DNA of 64,000 nucleotides from the NCBI RefSeq assembly GCF_009711095.1, contig NZ_WMJZ01000019.1, positions 36,899 through 100,898 of the forward strand, given 5' to 3'. Each line of letters starts with the position of its first letter. Positions within the stretch are counted from its first letter, which is position 1. This document shows, in pieces, positions 50,942 through 61,596 of this stretch. The translations under genes and the position numbers were made by a program. Source of the DNA: Intestinirhabdus alba (GTDB taxonomy: Bacteria > Pseudomonadota > Gammaproteobacteria > Enterobacterales > Enterobacteriaceae). Under the pieces are notes generated by a model. It had not been told where the DNA came from. It saw nothing but the letters and a program-made list of their open reading frames with translations, and made no database searches.

Positions 50942-51605
50942 TCGGCTCAGCTACCGGAGCCGCTGGCTGCGCGTCGCCCCGGAGCGTAAATTTCTGCTCT
51001 GGCTGACGCTGATGGTGCTGGCCTTTGTCCTGCCGCCGCTGGGGCAGGGCATCGAGCTGGCGCTTACCGCCGGGCTGACCTGCTGGCTGCTGCGCATCTC
51101 TTTGCTGCGCTGGTGCCGCTGGATGGCGCTGCCGTTCGGCTTTCTGCTGATCGGCGTGGCGACCATTCTGTTCAGCGTCAGCCGCGATCCGCACGCCCTG
51201 CTGGCGGCAGTGCCGGTGGGCCATTACTGGCTGGGGATCGCCGCGTCGGGCATGACCACCGCCGTCGAGACCTTCTGGCGCAGCCTGGCGGCGCTGGCGG
51301 CGACCCTCTGGCTGGTGCTGAACCTGCCGTTTCCGCAGCTGATCGCGCTGCTGAAGCGGGCGCGGGTGCCGAGGCTGCTCACCGAGCAGATCCTGCTGAC
51401 CTGGCGCTTTATCTTTATTTTGCTGGACGAAGCGCTGGCCATTCATCGCGCCCAGACGCTGCGCTTTGGCTACCGCAGCCTGCCGAACGGCTATCGCTCG
51501 CTGGCGATGCTGGTGGGGCTGCTGTTTACCCGGGTGCTGATCCGCTACCAGCAGATGACCACCGTGCTTGACGTCAAACTGTATCAGGGTGACTTTCACC
51601 TGTAA
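50925..51605 (+). CDS. cbiQ: cobalt ECF transporter T component
   Basis: 226 aa, membrane protein. Confidence 0.88.
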   Translation: MMTGLDRLSYRSRWLRVAPERKFLLWLTLMVLAFVLPPLGQGIELALTAGLTCWLLRISLLRWCRWMALPFGFLLIGVATILFSVSRDPHALLAAVPVGHYWLGIAASGMTTAVETFWRSLAALAATLWLVLNLPFPQLIALLKRARVPRLLTEQILLTWRFIFILLDEALAIHRAQTLRFGYRSLPNGYRSLAMLVGLLFTRVLIRYQQMTTVLDVKLYQGDFHL

Positions 51606-51613
51606 GGAACCAC

Positions 51614-52429
51614 ATGCTTGCCACCACCGATCTCTGGTTTCGCTATCAGGACGAGCAGGTGCTTAAGGGGCTGACGCTGGACTTTTCCGCACACGCCGTC
51701 ACCGGGCTGGTGGGGGCGAACGGCTGCGGAAAGTCCACGCTGTTTATGAATCTCAGCGGCCTGCTGCGCCCGCAGCGGGGCGCGGTGCTGTGGCAGGGAA
51801 AGCCGCTGGACTACGGCAGGCGTGGTCTGCTGGCCCTGCGCCAGCGGGTGGCGACCCTGTTTCAGGACCCCGATCGGCAAATTTTTTATACCGATATCGA
51901 CAGCGATATCGCCTTCAGCCTGCGCAACCTGGGGGTGGCGGAGGCGGAGATTGCCCGCCGGGTGGAGGAGGCCCTGACGCTGGTTGACGCCCACGCCTTC
52001 CGCCACCGACCGATCCAGTGCTTAAGCCACGGGCAGAAAAAGCGCGTGGCCCTTGCCGGGGCGCTGGTGCTGCAGGCGGAGTACCTGCTGCTCGACGAGC
52101 CGACGGCGGGCCTCGATCCGGCCGGACGCGCGCAGATGATTGAAATTATCCGGCGCATCGTGGCCCAGGGGAACCATGTGGTGATCTCCAGCCACGATAT
52201 CGATCTGATCTATGAGGTCAGCGACACCGTTTATGTGCTGGGCCACGGCGAGGTGCTGGCCCACGGCGAGCCGGGGGCGGTGTTCGCCCGTAGCGAACTG
52301 ATTGCCGACGCCGGGCTGACCCAGCCCTGGCTGGTGAAACTGCACGCGCAGGCGGGCCTGCCGCTGTGCAAAACCGAAGATGAATTTTTTCAGCGTATGC
52401 GCCGGGAGGCGCGGAAGGAGAGGTCATGA
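51614..52429 (+). CDS. cbiO: cobalt ECF transporter ATPase
   Basis: 271 aa. ABC ATPase with Walker [10 protein letters not shown], signature LSHGQKKR, and Walker B LLLDEPT. Confidence 0.92.
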   Translation: MLATTDLWFRYQDEQVLKGLTLDFSAHAVTGLVGANGCGKSTLFMNLSGLLRPQRGAVLWQGKPLDYGRRGLLALRQRVATLFQDPDRQIFYTDIDSDIAFSLRNLGVAEAEIARRVEEALTLVDAHAFRHRPIQCLSHGQKKRVALAGALVLQAEYLLLDEPTAGLDPAGRAQMIEIIRRIVAQGNHVVISSHDIDLIYEVSDTVYVLGHGEVLAHGEPGAVFARSELIADAGLTQPWLVKLHAQAGLPLCKTEDEFFQRMRREARKERS

Positions 52430-53949
52430 CCCAGGCGATTATGCTGCAGGGGACGGCGTCGGACGTCGGCAAGAGCGTGCTGGTGGCCGGGCTGTGCCGG
52501 ATTTTTGCGCAGGACGGCCTGCGCGTTGCACCGTTTAAGTCGCAGAACATGGCGCTCAACTCCGGCATCACGCCGGACGGCAAAGAGATGGGGCGGGCGC
52601 AGATTTTCCAGGCGGAGGCGGCGGGCATCGTTCCGGACGTGCGGATGAACCCGGTGCTGCTCAAGCCCACCAGCGACCGTAAGGCGCAGGTGGTGCTGAT
52701 GGGCAAGGTGGCGACCGACATGGACGCGGTGAGCTATCACCAGTACAAGCCGCGGCTGCGCGAACAGATCCTCGCCGTCTATCACGACCTGGCGCGGCAG
52801 TATGACGTGCTGGTACTGGAGGGGGCGGGCAGCCCGGCGGAGATCAACCTGCGCGATCGCGACATCGTTAATATGGGGATGGCGGAGATGGCCCGCTGCC
52901 CGGTGATCCTGGTGGCGGATATCGACCGGGGCGGGGTGTTCGCCTCGATCTATGGCACCCTGGCGCTGCTGCACGAGCGCGAGCGGGCGCGGGTCAAAGG
53001 GGTGATCGTCAATAAGTTTCGCGGCGACGTGGCGCTGCTCTACTCCGGCATCGAGCAGATCGAGGCGCTGACCGGGGTGCCGGTGCTGGGGGTGATGCCG
53101 TGGCTGGACGTCGATCTGGAGGATGAGGACGGCGTCGCCCTGCAAAAGGGCAAGTACCCGCGCCGGGACCATCGCGACATCGACATCGCGGTGGTGCAGG
53201 TGCCGCATATTGCCAACTTCACCGACTTTAACGCGCTGGCGGCGCAGCCGGACGTGCGGGTGCGCTACGTGCGTCGGCCGGAGGAGCTGGCGGAGGCCGA
53301 TCTGCTGATCCTGCCCGGCAGCAAGAACACCCTGGGCGATCTGACCTGGCTGCAGGAGAGCGGGATGGCCCACGCCGTGCTGCAGGCGCACCGTCGCAAG
53401 GTGCCGGTAATGGGCATCTGCGGCGGCTACCAGATGCTTGGCGAAACCATCATTGACGAGGTGGAGTCGGGCCTCGGCACCCGGCCAGGGCTGGGGCTGC
53501 TCGATACCGTCACCCGCTTTGCCCACCATAAAACCACCACCCGGGCGACGGCGACGCTTGCGGATGCGCTGCCCGGATGGCTGGCGGCCGCCTCCGGAAT
53601 AGCGGTGAGCGGCTATGAGATCCACATGGGCGAAACGACGCTGCGGGAGGCGTGCCGCAGCGCGCTGGCGCTGCAGAAGAACGGCCAGCGGGTGGCCGAC
53701 GGCGCGGTCAGCGCTGACGGGCTGGCGTTCGGCACCTATCTGCACGGCCTGTTCGACAGCGACAACTTCACCCGCGCCCTGGTGAACGGCCTGCGGCAGC
53801 GCAAAGGGCTGCCGCCGCTGGATCTGGCCTTTCAGTACGCGCACTATAAGGCGCAGCAGTTCGATCTGCTGGCGGAGGCCATGCGACAGCATATCGACAT
53901 GGCGAAAATTTATACCATCATGCAGCAGCATCAGGAGCCTTTATGCTGA
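52426..53949 (+). CDS. cbiP: cobyric acid synthase
   Basis: 507 aa. Confidence 0.92.
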   Translation: MTQAIMLQGTASDVGKSVLVAGLCRIFAQDGLRVAPFKSQNMALNSGITPDGKEMGRAQIFQAEAAGIVPDVRMNPVLLKPTSDRKAQVVLMGKVATDMDAVSYHQYKPRLREQILAVYHDLARQYDVLVLEGAGSPAEINLRDRDIVNMGMAEMARCPVILVADIDRGGVFASIYGTLALLHERERARVKGVIVNKFRGDVALLYSGIEQIEALTGVPVLGVMPWLDVDLEDEDGVALQKGKYPRRDHRDIDIAVVQVPHIANFTDFNALAAQPDVRVRYVRRPEELAEADLLILPGSKNTLGDLTWLQESGMAHAVLQAHRRKVPVMGICGGYQMLGETIIDEVESGLGTRPGLGLLDTVTRFAHHKTTTRATATLADALPGWLAAASGIAVSGYEIHMGETTLREACRSALALQKNGQRVADGAVSADGLAFGTYLHGLFDSDNFTRALVNGLRQRKGLPPLDLAFQYAHYKAQQFDLLAEAMRQHIDMAKIYTIMQQHQEPLC

Positions 53950-54488
53950 CCCTTGTTACCGGCGGCGCGCGCAGCGGCAAAAGCCGCCATGCCGAAGCGC
54001 TGTTAGCCGACGCGCCGCGGGTGCTTTACATCGCCACCTCGCAAATTCTGGATGACGAAATGGCCGCCCGCGTTCGCCACCATCGCGACGGCCGCCCGGC
54101 GCACTGGCGTACCGCCGAGCGCTGGCGGCAGCTGGACGCGCTGATCGCGGCGGAGGGCGATCCCGACGAGGCCGTTCTGCTGGAGTGTATCACCACCATG
54201 GTCACCAACCTGCTGTTTGCCTTCGGCGGCGAAAGCGATCCGCAGACGTGGGATTTTGCGGCGCTGGAGCGGGCGGTCGACGACGAGATCGACAGGCTGA
54301 TCGCCGCCTGCCGGCGCTGTCCGGCGCGGGTCGTGCTGGTGACCAACGAGGTGGGGATGGGCATCGTGCCGGAAAACCGCCTGGCGCGCCATTTTCGCGA
54401 CATCGCCGGGCGGGTCAACCAGCGGCTGGCGACGGCGGCGGACGAGGTCTGGCTGGTGGTGTCCGGCATTGGAGTGAAAATTAAATGA
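53943..54488 (+). CDS. cobU: adenosylcobinamide kinase / adenosylcobinamide-phosphate guanylyltransferase
   Basis: 181 aa, P-loop GGARSGKS. Confidence 0.92.
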   Translation: MLTLVTGGARSGKSRHAEALLADAPRVLYIATSQILDDEMAARVRHHRDGRPAHWRTAERWRQLDALIAAEGDPDEAVLLECITTMVTNLLFAFGGESDPQTWDFAALERAVDDEIDRLIAACRRCPARVVLVTNEVGMGIVPENRLARHFRDIAGRVNQRLATAADEVWLVVSGIGVKIK

Positions 54489-55228
54489 TCGTACGGTTCT
54501 GGGCGATGCTGGGATTTATCAGCCGTCTGCCGGTCCCCGTCCGCTGGACCCGGGGGCTGGACTTTGAGCATTACTCCCGCGGTATCGTCACCTTTCCGCT
54601 GGTGGGGCTGCTGCTCGGCGGCCTGAGCGGGCTGGCGTTTGTTATTCTTCAGGCGTGGTGCGGCGTGCCGCTGGCGGCGCTGTTCTGCGTGCTGACGCTG
54701 GCGCTGCTGACCGGCGGTTTTCATCTGGACGGCCTGGCGGACACCTGCGACGGCGTTTTCTCCGCGCGCCACCGGGAGCGGATGCTGGAGATTATGCGCG
54801 ACAGCCGCCTCGGCACCCACGGCGCGCTGGCGCTGATCTTCGTGCTGCTGGCGAAGGTGCTGGTCATCAGCGAGCTGGCGCTGCGCGGGACGCCGATGCT
54901 GGCCGCGCTGGCGGCGGCCAGTGCGGTAGGTCGCGGATGCGCCGTGCTGCTGATGTATCGCCATCGCTACGCCCGGGAGGAGGGGCTGGGAAACGTCTTT
55001 ATCGGCCACGTTTCCGGCCGACAGGCGGGCGTGACGCTGGGGCTGGCGGCGCTTCTGGCCGCGCTGCTGCTGCCGGGAATGGGTGGCGTGGTGGCGATGG
55101 TCGCGGCGGCCGCGGCGATTTTTATCCTCGGACAGCAGTTAAAGCGCACCCTGGGCGGGCAAACCGGCGACACGCTGGGCGCGGCAATTGAACTTGGCGA
55201 GCTGATCTTCCTGCTGGCTCTGCTGTGA
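54485..55228 (+). CDS. cobS: adenosylcobinamide-GDP ribazoletransferase (cobalamin synthase)
   Basis: 247 aa, membrane protein. Confidence 0.9.
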   Translation: MIVRFWAMLGFISRLPVPVRWTRGLDFEHYSRGIVTFPLVGLLLGGLSGLAFVILQAWCGVPLAALFCVLTLALLTGGFHLDGLADTCDGVFSARHRERMLEIMRDSRLGTHGALALIFVLLAKVLVISELALRGTPMLAALAAASAVGRGCAVLLMYRHRYAREEGLGNVFIGHVSGRQAGVTLGLAALLAALLLPGMGGVVAMVAAAAAIFILGQQLKRTLGGQTGDTLGAAIELGELIFLLALL

Positions 55229-55253
55229 GTCGGCCAATACCATGAGGACCCTT

Positions 55254-56324
55254 ATGCAGACGTTAACCTCTTTACTTGATGCTATTCCCGCGCCTGACGC
55301 CGGGGCGATGGCCCGCGCCCAGCGGCATATTGACGGCCTGCTGAAGCCGCCGGGCAGCCTCGGGCGGCTGGAGGCGCTGGCGGTGCAGCTGGCGGGAATG
55401 CCGGGGCTGAACGGTCGGCCGCAGGTCGGTGAAAAGGCGATCCTGGTGATGTGCGCCGACCACGGCGTCTGGGATGAGGGAGTGGCGATCTCGCCGAAGG
55501 CGGTGACCGCCATCCAGGCCGCCAACATGACCCGCGGCACCACGGGAGTCTGCGCGCTGGCCGGCCAGGCGGGGGCGCGGGTGCAGGTGATTGACGTCGG
55601 CATCGACGCCGATCCGATCCCCGGCGTGGTGAATATGCGCGTGGCCCGCGGCTGCGGCAATATCGCCGTCGGCCCGGCGATGAGCCGCTCTCAGGCGGAG
55701 GCGCTGCTGCTGCAGGTAATGCGCTATACCCGCGGGCTGGCGCAGCAGGGCGTGACGCTGTTTGGCGTCGGCGAGCTGGGGATGGCCAACACCACTCCGG
55801 CGGCGGCCATCGTCGGGGTGCTGACCGGCAGCGATGCCGAAGCGGTGGTGGGGATCGGCGCTAACCTGCCGCCGTCGCGCATCGGCAATAAGGTGGCCGT
55901 GGTACGGCGGGCCATTGCCGTCAACCGGCCCGATCCGCAGGACGGCGTTGACGTGCTGGCGAAGGTTGGCGGGTTCGATCTGGTGGGCATGGCCGGCGTG
56001 ATGCTGGGGGCCGCCTCCTGCGGGCTGCCGGTGCTGCTTGACGGCTTTCTCTCCTATTCGGCGGCGCTGGCGGCCTGCCGGATCGCCCCGCAAATTAAGC
56101 CTTATCTGATCCCGTCGCACCTCTCGGCGGAAAAGGGGGCGCGGATTGCGCTGGCGCAGCTGGGGCTGGTGCCTTACCTCAATATGGAGATGCGCCTGGG
56201 CGAAGGCAGCGGAGCGGCGCTGGCAATCCCCATCGTCGAGGCGGCCTGCGCGATGTACGACACGATGGGGCAGCTTGCCGACAGCAATATCGTGCTGCCG
56301 GCGACGCCGGGCCGCTCCGCGTAA
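55254..56324 (+). CDS. cobT: nicotinate-nucleotide--dimethylbenzimidazole phosphoribosyltransferase
   Basis: ATG at 55254 ([40 protein letters not shown]), 356 aa, matching E. coli/Salmonella CobT. The ATG at 55242 is a possible 4-codon extension. Confidence 0.92.
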   Translation: MQTLTSLLDAIPAPDAGAMARAQRHIDGLLKPPGSLGRLEALAVQLAGMPGLNGRPQVGEKAILVMCADHGVWDEGVAISPKAVTAIQAANMTRGTTGVCALAGQAGARVQVIDVGIDADPIPGVVNMRVARGCGNIAVGPAMSRSQAEALLLQVMRYTRGLAQQGVTLFGVGELGMANTTPAAAIVGVLTGSDAEAVVGIGANLPPSRIGNKVAVVRRAIAVNRPDPQDGVDVLAKVGGFDLVGMAGVMLGAASCGLPVLLDGFLSYSAALAACRIAPQIKPYLIPSHLSAEKGARIALAQLGLVPYLNMEMRLGEGSGAALAIPIVEAACAMYDTMGQLADSNIVLPATPGRSA

Positions 56325-56375
56325 CGTCCAGGCCCGGCTGCGGAGCGTGGGCGGCTCGTCCATCAGCCGGGTCGC

Positions 56376-58847
56376 TCACTTTTTGCAGTACGCTTTGACC
56401 TGCATTATCTCCTTCTTAAGATTTTCCTCCAGATAGTCGGTAAAACGGTGTCCCCAGCGGCTCAGCAGACTTTCCGCTTCGGGGAAATCCTGCTGTTCAA
56501 TGGCGTGCTTGATTTGTACTTTCGCGAGATTAACCTCAATAATCTTGTTGTCTTTCTTGCGTTTAATAACGCTCTGAATATCTTTTAGCAGCTCCGCATA
56601 CTGATAGTTCCGGCCTTTGGCGGAAAAGATTTCCAGTAAAGAGATCTTTAGCTGAATATTCAGCTGGGTGCTTTTGGATAACGAATCGAGCAGGGCGATA
56701 TTTTGATTATCAACCAGCACATCTTTCATCTTTTCACGCACGTGGAAGAAGGTGGTGTTTTTCCGTTCATCCGCGATTTTTAATTTTTCCAGACACTCTT
56801 CTATTTTATTCACTAATGCGGTAGTGCGTTCCTGACGATACAGCGACAATAAGGCCCAGGCCTTGATGTCGAGGATGAAAGGGTTATCAACGTCGATCGA
56901 CAGCGCTTTGTCGGCATAGGATATCGCCTCATCGAAGCGTTCATCAAAAGAGTAGATTGTGGCGATTTCCCGGAATACATGGGCATCAATATCTCTTTTT
57001 TCTTCGATCTTCATCAGGCACTTCAGCGCATCCTTCAGCCTGCCGTTTAGTCTGTATTTGAAGCCGTTGACAAAATTGTAGATGATATCTTTTTTGGGAT
57101 GGTTGGGAATAGTTAAGTACTGTTCTTTGAATGAGGTAAAGGCTTTCTCATTGCCGGTTCTGGCGGAGGAGAGCCCGATCAGTCGCCAGGTCTCAATTTT
57201 TCCCTCAGGGCTTAATTTGGTTTGCCATTGGTTAGCATCTTGCGCCAGCTGCAGAGCGTCAGCGTATTCCCTTTCATTATAGCGTCGCTTTGCGGCCTTA
57301 ATCAGCTGGATCGGCATGACAAAGTTTTTGAGATAATCGGGGAGGGGTTCGTCAGTCACTAAATGGGAGACAATCCTGGCATCTAAAATATCGATGGGGA
57401 CGTAGGTGTCGCTGTCGACCTCGGAGTATTTTTGCAGGATGACTTTGATATGCGGTAACAGCTCCGCACGGTACATCTGCGCATATCTGGAGGCGGCATT
57501 TTGCAGATAGGTGGAAAGGCGATAATCATTTTTTTGATATTGTAAAAAACCAGAGTCAATCAGCTTTGATAAACCGTACTCAAAGTCTGGCCAGCTTTTA
57601 CCGATCTCTTTTGCTTCGTTAAATGACACAATATCGGCCATGCCAAAAAAGCCGATGGCTTTTTCTAGCTTCACGTCATTTTTGACGAAATCCTGGATGA
57701 GTCTGTTTACCTCGGTTCTGACCTTTGAAACAATAGTGCCGTGCGTCTTGTTGATTTTATATCCAGGATTGGTTTTTAAATAGGTTGCCACCATATTTAT
57801 TAAACCCGGATGGCCGATAACGCTTTGCTCTATAATATGTGTTTCTGATTTCGGGATATGTACGCTATAAAGATTGATAAGCATTCTGAACAGGTAGATA
57901 GAGTCATCTTCACTCAATGGGAAAACCTGGTAGGCGTATCCCTCTTTGAGATCGTCGAGATCCACATTTCTTTTAGAGATGAACACCACAAGTGGCCACG
58001 AATGCTTATTTAAGGCGGTAATAAAGGAAATGAAAAGTTCATTCAGGCGATCGTCATTGATCACATTGGAGTTGGATATATTAATGAGTAGTGCCTGCTT
58101 GCCGGGGATGCAAATACTATCAATCATGGCGCTGAGCTTTTCGAGCTGCTTCGGCTCGGTTAACTTATCAAATGACTTTCTTTGATCAAGATATTCGCCC
58201 GCTTTCCAGTTGGCAGTATATTGTAATAGCGAGTCGTGTATACTGCTTAAATCCGCAAATTCCCCGATATCAAGCTGAATAAAGCCATTTACCAGACGAT
58301 AGAGCTTTTTATAGACTTCGCGGGCTAAGGTTCTTCTTCCGATACCGTCCGGGCCGCTGAGAAAAAGAAATTTCGGGTTCTGCTCCATCATGATCAGGTC
58401 ACCGGTAATTTTCTTTACATCATCCTCCCGCCCATAGCACTCCTGCGTTTGATTTTTTACTAATGCCTGAAGTTCGTTGCGAATAGCGATGGCGATCTGA
58501 ATGGGGTTGGGGATCGATTCCGCGCGGTACTGTTGAAAAGATTCAGGTAACTCGCTCCATTTTGTGTCATCTAATAAAAAAACCATTATCTTTTTAAGCG
58601 ACTGGTTAAACAACAGCTCCTTGGCTAAGTTTATTTCCCCCTGTACCCAGCCGCTGGCCAGCGCGGATTTAGATAAAAACAATACAAAAATTTCACAATC
58701 AAGCATGCTTTCTCTGATTTCATCAATCAGGTAAGCATTAGACGGGAATGTTTTTTCATCAAATATGGCATGAGTTGCTGACAGATGTTCATAAACCTTT
58801 TTTACAAAGTCTTTATCGGCAAAGTTATGGGATAAAAAAGCTTTCAT
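56376..58847 (-). CDS. TIR-domain / P-loop STAND-like NTPase / TPR-like repeat protein (candidate single-gene NLR-type antiphage or abortive-infection effector)
   Basis: 823-aa ORF. ATG at 58847 with a GGAGG SD 5 nt upstream. Residues 1-~130 carry TIR hallmarks (MKAFLSHNFADKD...FDEK...IDEIRESMLDCEIFVLFLSKSALASGWVQGEINLA: FxSH start, SxxW, Glu at W+4). Walker-A-like FLFLSGPDGIGRRTLAREVY at aa 160-178. The C-terminal ~350 aa is helical repeat-rich. About 42% GC against ~65% in the neighbours. Confidence 0.85.
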   Translation of the reverse strand: MKAFLSHNFADKDFVKKVYEHLSATHAIFDEKTFPSNAYLIDEIRESMLDCEIFVLFLSKSALASGWVQGEINLAKELLFNQSLKKIMVFLLDDTKWSELPESFQQYRAESIPNPIQIAIAIRNELQALVKNQTQECYGREDDVKKITGDLIMMEQNPKFLFLSGPDGIGRRTLAREVYKKLYRLVNGFIQLDIGEFADLSSIHDSLLQYTANWKAGEYLDQRKSFDKLTEPKQLEKLSAMIDSICIPGKQALLINISNSNVINDDRLNELFISFITALNKHSWPLVVFISKRNVDLDDLKEGYAYQVFPLSEDDSIYLFRMLINLYSVHIPKSETHIIEQSVIGHPGLINMVATYLKTNPGYKINKTHGTIVSKVRTEVNRLIQDFVKNDVKLEKAIGFFGMADIVSFNEAKEIGKSWPDFEYGLSKLIDSGFLQYQKNDYRLSTYLQNAASRYAQMYRAELLPHIKVILQKYSEVDSDTYVPIDILDARIVSHLVTDEPLPDYLKNFVMPIQLIKAAKRRYNEREYADALQLAQDANQWQTKLSPEGKIETWRLIGLSSARTGNEKAFTSFKEQYLTIPNHPKKDIIYNFVNGFKYRLNGRLKDALKCLMKIEEKRDIDAHVFREIATIYSFDERFDEAISYADKALSIDVDNPFILDIKAWALLSLYRQERTTALVNKIEECLEKLKIADERKNTTFFHVREKMKDVLVDNQNIALLDSLSKSTQLNIQLKISLLEIFSAKGRNYQYAELLKDIQSVIKRKKDNKIIEVNLAKVQIKHAIEQQDFPEAESLLSRWGHRFTDYLEENLKKEIMQVKAYCKK

Positions 58848-59413
58848 GCTGGCCTCCGTGTCACAAAATAAATATTAATGATAAGTGTGTAGGGCTGTAT
58901 GACAGCGTGTTCAGGGCGATACCAATGTACTTATTTTTAAGGCAAATTACCATCTGCTTTTTCGGGGCTGGCGAGAGATAAAATTGAATGCCGTGAATAT
59001 AAAATAAATTTATCATTTCCCGGTGATATGCGCGTGGTGCATTGGGTTCATCCTTAAGTGCTGTTACCGGCGGCGCTGGCTTATCAGATGCAATCATTTA
59101 CGTTCGGTGAACCGCGCGCTCAGGCAGATGCAGGGGGATTTTCCCGGCGCGATGGCGCGGCGAAAACTGGAGTGGCTCTGTTCTGGATCCTGCCTTATTG
59201 CGAAGGGAAAGCGCGCTTTGCCTGTAACCACCGGGCGGTGTGTTTTCAGGTTAACCTGCAATAATTCTTAATATTTTCAGGGCATAATTAAAAGCCTGGC
59301 GCAGATCAAAAGATACAGCTGGCAAATAAACTCCGCGGTAAATGCAGGGAAAGCCGTGCCCCAATATAAAAAAGCTATAATTTCTGTCTACGGCTAAAAC
59401 AGAGGAATAGAGA

Positions 59414-60346
59414 ATGCTGCCTCCGGTGAAACTGCTTTGCTCTTTTATGATGCTGCTGATCGGCCACAGCGCGCTGGCGGTGAGCTATCCACTGCCGCCG
59501 GAAGGTAGCCGCCTGGTAGGGACGCCGCTGACCATCGCCGTCCCGCGCGGTAATACGCAGCCGCTGGAGGCCTTTGCCGCACAGTACGGTCAGGGACTGA
59601 GCAATATGCTTGAGGCAAACCCAAATGTGGACGTGTTTCTGCCCGCTTCTGGCTCTACCCTGGTGGTGCCGCAGCAGCTTATTTTGCCCGATACCGTGCG
59701 TGAAGGCGTGGTGATTAACGTTGCCGAGATGCGTCTCTATTACTACCCGCCCGGCGGCAACACCGTTGAGGTGCTGCCGATCGGCATCGGGCAGGCCGGC
59801 CGCGAAACGCCGCGCAGCTGGGTGACGAGGGTGGAACGTAAGCGGGAAGCCCCCTCCTGGACGCCCACCGCAAACACCCGGCGTGAGTATGCCAGGCGCG
59901 GCGAAAGCCTGCCTGCATTCGTGCCGCCGGGGCCGGATAATCCGATGGGGCTGTACGCCATTTATATCGGCAGGCTGTACGCGATTCACGGCACCAACGC
60001 TAACTTTGGCATCGGGCTTCGGGTAAGCCAGGGCTGTATTCGCCTGCGTAATGACGATATTAAATACCTGTTCGACAACGTGCCCGTGGGCACGCGGGTG
60101 CAGATTATCGACAGGCCGGTGAAGATGACGACCGAGCCGGACGGCAGCCGCTGGGTTGAGGTGCACGAACCGCTGTCGCGTAACCGGGCGGAGTTTGAAT
60201 CTGATAACAGAGTGCCGCTGCCGGTTACGCCGGTCACCCGGGTGCTGATGAACGGTGACGGCGTGGACGGCGTCCGGGCGCGTGAAGCGCTGGAGCGCCG
60301 CTCCGGGATGCCGGTGAACATTACGCCGGGGCAGAGAGGCATTTAG
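59414..60346 (+). CDS. ldtA: L,D-transpeptidase (YkuD/ErfK family)
   Basis: 310 aa. Signal peptide, catalytic HGTN...SQGCIRL motif. Matches E. coli ErfK/LdtA. Confidence 0.9.
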   Translation: MLPPVKLLCSFMMLLIGHSALAVSYPLPPEGSRLVGTPLTIAVPRGNTQPLEAFAAQYGQGLSNMLEANPNVDVFLPASGSTLVVPQQLILPDTVREGVVINVAEMRLYYYPPGGNTVEVLPIGIGQAGRETPRSWVTRVERKREAPSWTPTANTRREYARRGESLPAFVPPGPDNPMGLYAIYIGRLYAIHGTNANFGIGLRVSQGCIRLRNDDIKYLFDNVPVGTRVQIIDRPVKMTTEPDGSRWVEVHEPLSRNRAEFESDNRVPLPVTPVTRVLMNGDGVDGVRAREALERRSGMPVNITPGQRGI

Positions 60347-60594
60347 CGCCAGGCCCGCCGGCTGCTGCCGTCGCGGGCCGTTTGAACGCGGCTCGCCTGG
60401 CGGTCATTCAGGTCAGGAGCAGGGCGCGAGCCGTCAGGTCTGGTGATTGCCGATGCGCGGCGAGCAGCGCGGCAGCGGCCCTGAATAGCCCCGGTCCTGC
60501 GGGATGCGAGCCACAAGCGCGTGCTCTGTGTTGCCAGGCTTGATTACGCGCTTGTAGCTTAGCGTCGACGCCACGCCCGGTGAAGGAACGCGGC

Positions 60595-61593
60595 CTAGAG
60601 ATTGTCGAGAATAATTCTCTTTTTGCTATCAAACTCTTCCTGGGTCAGGATGCCTTCTTCGAGCAGGCTTTTTAGCATCCGCAGCTTTGCCTGCGGCTCC
60701 TGCTGCTGCGTGTCGACAGCGGTCTGCTGCGGCTGCAGCAGCGTTTTCCCCAGATCCAGCCCGGCCCCCAGCTGTAACCCCGCCGCGGCCAGCCCGGACT
60801 CATTTTTTGCCGCATCCCGCAGCGCACGCAGCCTTTCCAGCCCGACGTAATCCAGTCCGACTTCGCTGGCCGATGCGGCTTCCACCTTCATTTGCGCCAG
60901 CTGCCTGATGCGCGCCAGCGTATCTTCGCTGAAGGTCGTACCGGCAATGCGCATATCCGTCAGCCGCAGCCCCAGCGCATTATAGATCTGGTTGATGGCC
61001 GCTTTCAGTTGTGCGGAGAGGGCGGCGAGCTGCGCGTCAATTTGCGTGTAGGCATAGCCGGCCTGCGCCAGTAAAGCGGCGATTTCCGGCGCTATCCGGG
61101 AATTAATGATGCTCTGCAGATCCGCCTGCGTAAAGCTATCCCGGCTACCGACGATATTCTCAAAAAACAGTCGCGCATCCTCAATACGAAACGCATAGGT
61201 TCCGTAGGCCCCAAGCTCCATCGGCAGCTGGTGGTTCGGTTCGGTATATTTGACGGGGGAAGAGGTTCCCCACTGCTGGTTGACCTGCTCCGTTTGTCGC
61301 CAGAAGTAAAGGTACAGCTTATGTTCGCTTTCAAAGCGACGCAGCAGGCTAGCCAGTGAGGTAATAAAAGGTGTGTTAGCCGTCTTCAGATCGTGAATGC
61401 CCGGTTCACTGAGCACATCGATAATTTTTCCTTCATAGACCAGAACGCATCCCTGTCCGGGGGCGACAATGAGCTTGCTGGCGTTTTTGATTTCATCGGT
61501 TGGCGTGACCAGCCGGCTGAAAAGAACCGCGGGATCGTGATTTTTCCACTCGATGACCCCCGGCAGCTGTCTTTTAAATAAATTCCTTAACAT
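60595..61593 (-). CDS. SPFH (band-7-like) domain protein with C-terminal SHOCT domain
   Basis: 332 aa. A central region resembles the SPFH/'virion core protein' family. The last ~28 aa (AKLRMLKSLLEEGILTQEEFDSKKRIILDNL) are a SHOCT motif. The stop is 3 nt downstream of the upstream gene, consistent with an operon. Confidence 0.8.
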   Translation of the reverse strand: MLRNLFKRQLPGVIEWKNHDPAVLFSRLVTPTDEIKNASKLIVAPGQGCVLVYEGKIIDVLSEPGIHDLKTANTPFITSLASLLRRFESEHKLYLYFWRQTEQVNQQWGTSSPVKYTEPNHQLPMELGAYGTYAFRIEDARLFFENIVGSRDSFTQADLQSIINSRIAPEIAALLAQAGYAYTQIDAQLAALSAQLKAAINQIYNALGLRLTDMRIAGTTFSEDTLARIRQLAQMKVEAASASEVGLDYVGLERLRALRDAAKNESGLAAAGLQLGAGLDLGKTLLQPQQTAVDTQQQEPQAKLRMLKSLLEEGILTQEEFDSKKRIILDNL

Positions 61594-61596
61594 AGA

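Noticed and set aside
58861-59097. 78-aa ORF immediately upstream of the TIR gene, as a possible partner gene
   Set aside because: It lies in the AT-rich promoter region. It has no RBS and a low-complexity Ile/Leu/Lys composition. The TIR protein appears to be a single-gene module.
60347-60632. Search for a tRNA-Asn (asnV-like integration site) or a short ORF (60408-60632) downstream of ldtA
   Set aside because: There is no GTTCGAnTCC T-arm or cloverleaf-compatible sequence. The 74-aa ORF overlaps the SPFH gene's 3' end on the same strand frame-shifted and lacks an RBS. The spacer is GC-rich non-coding.
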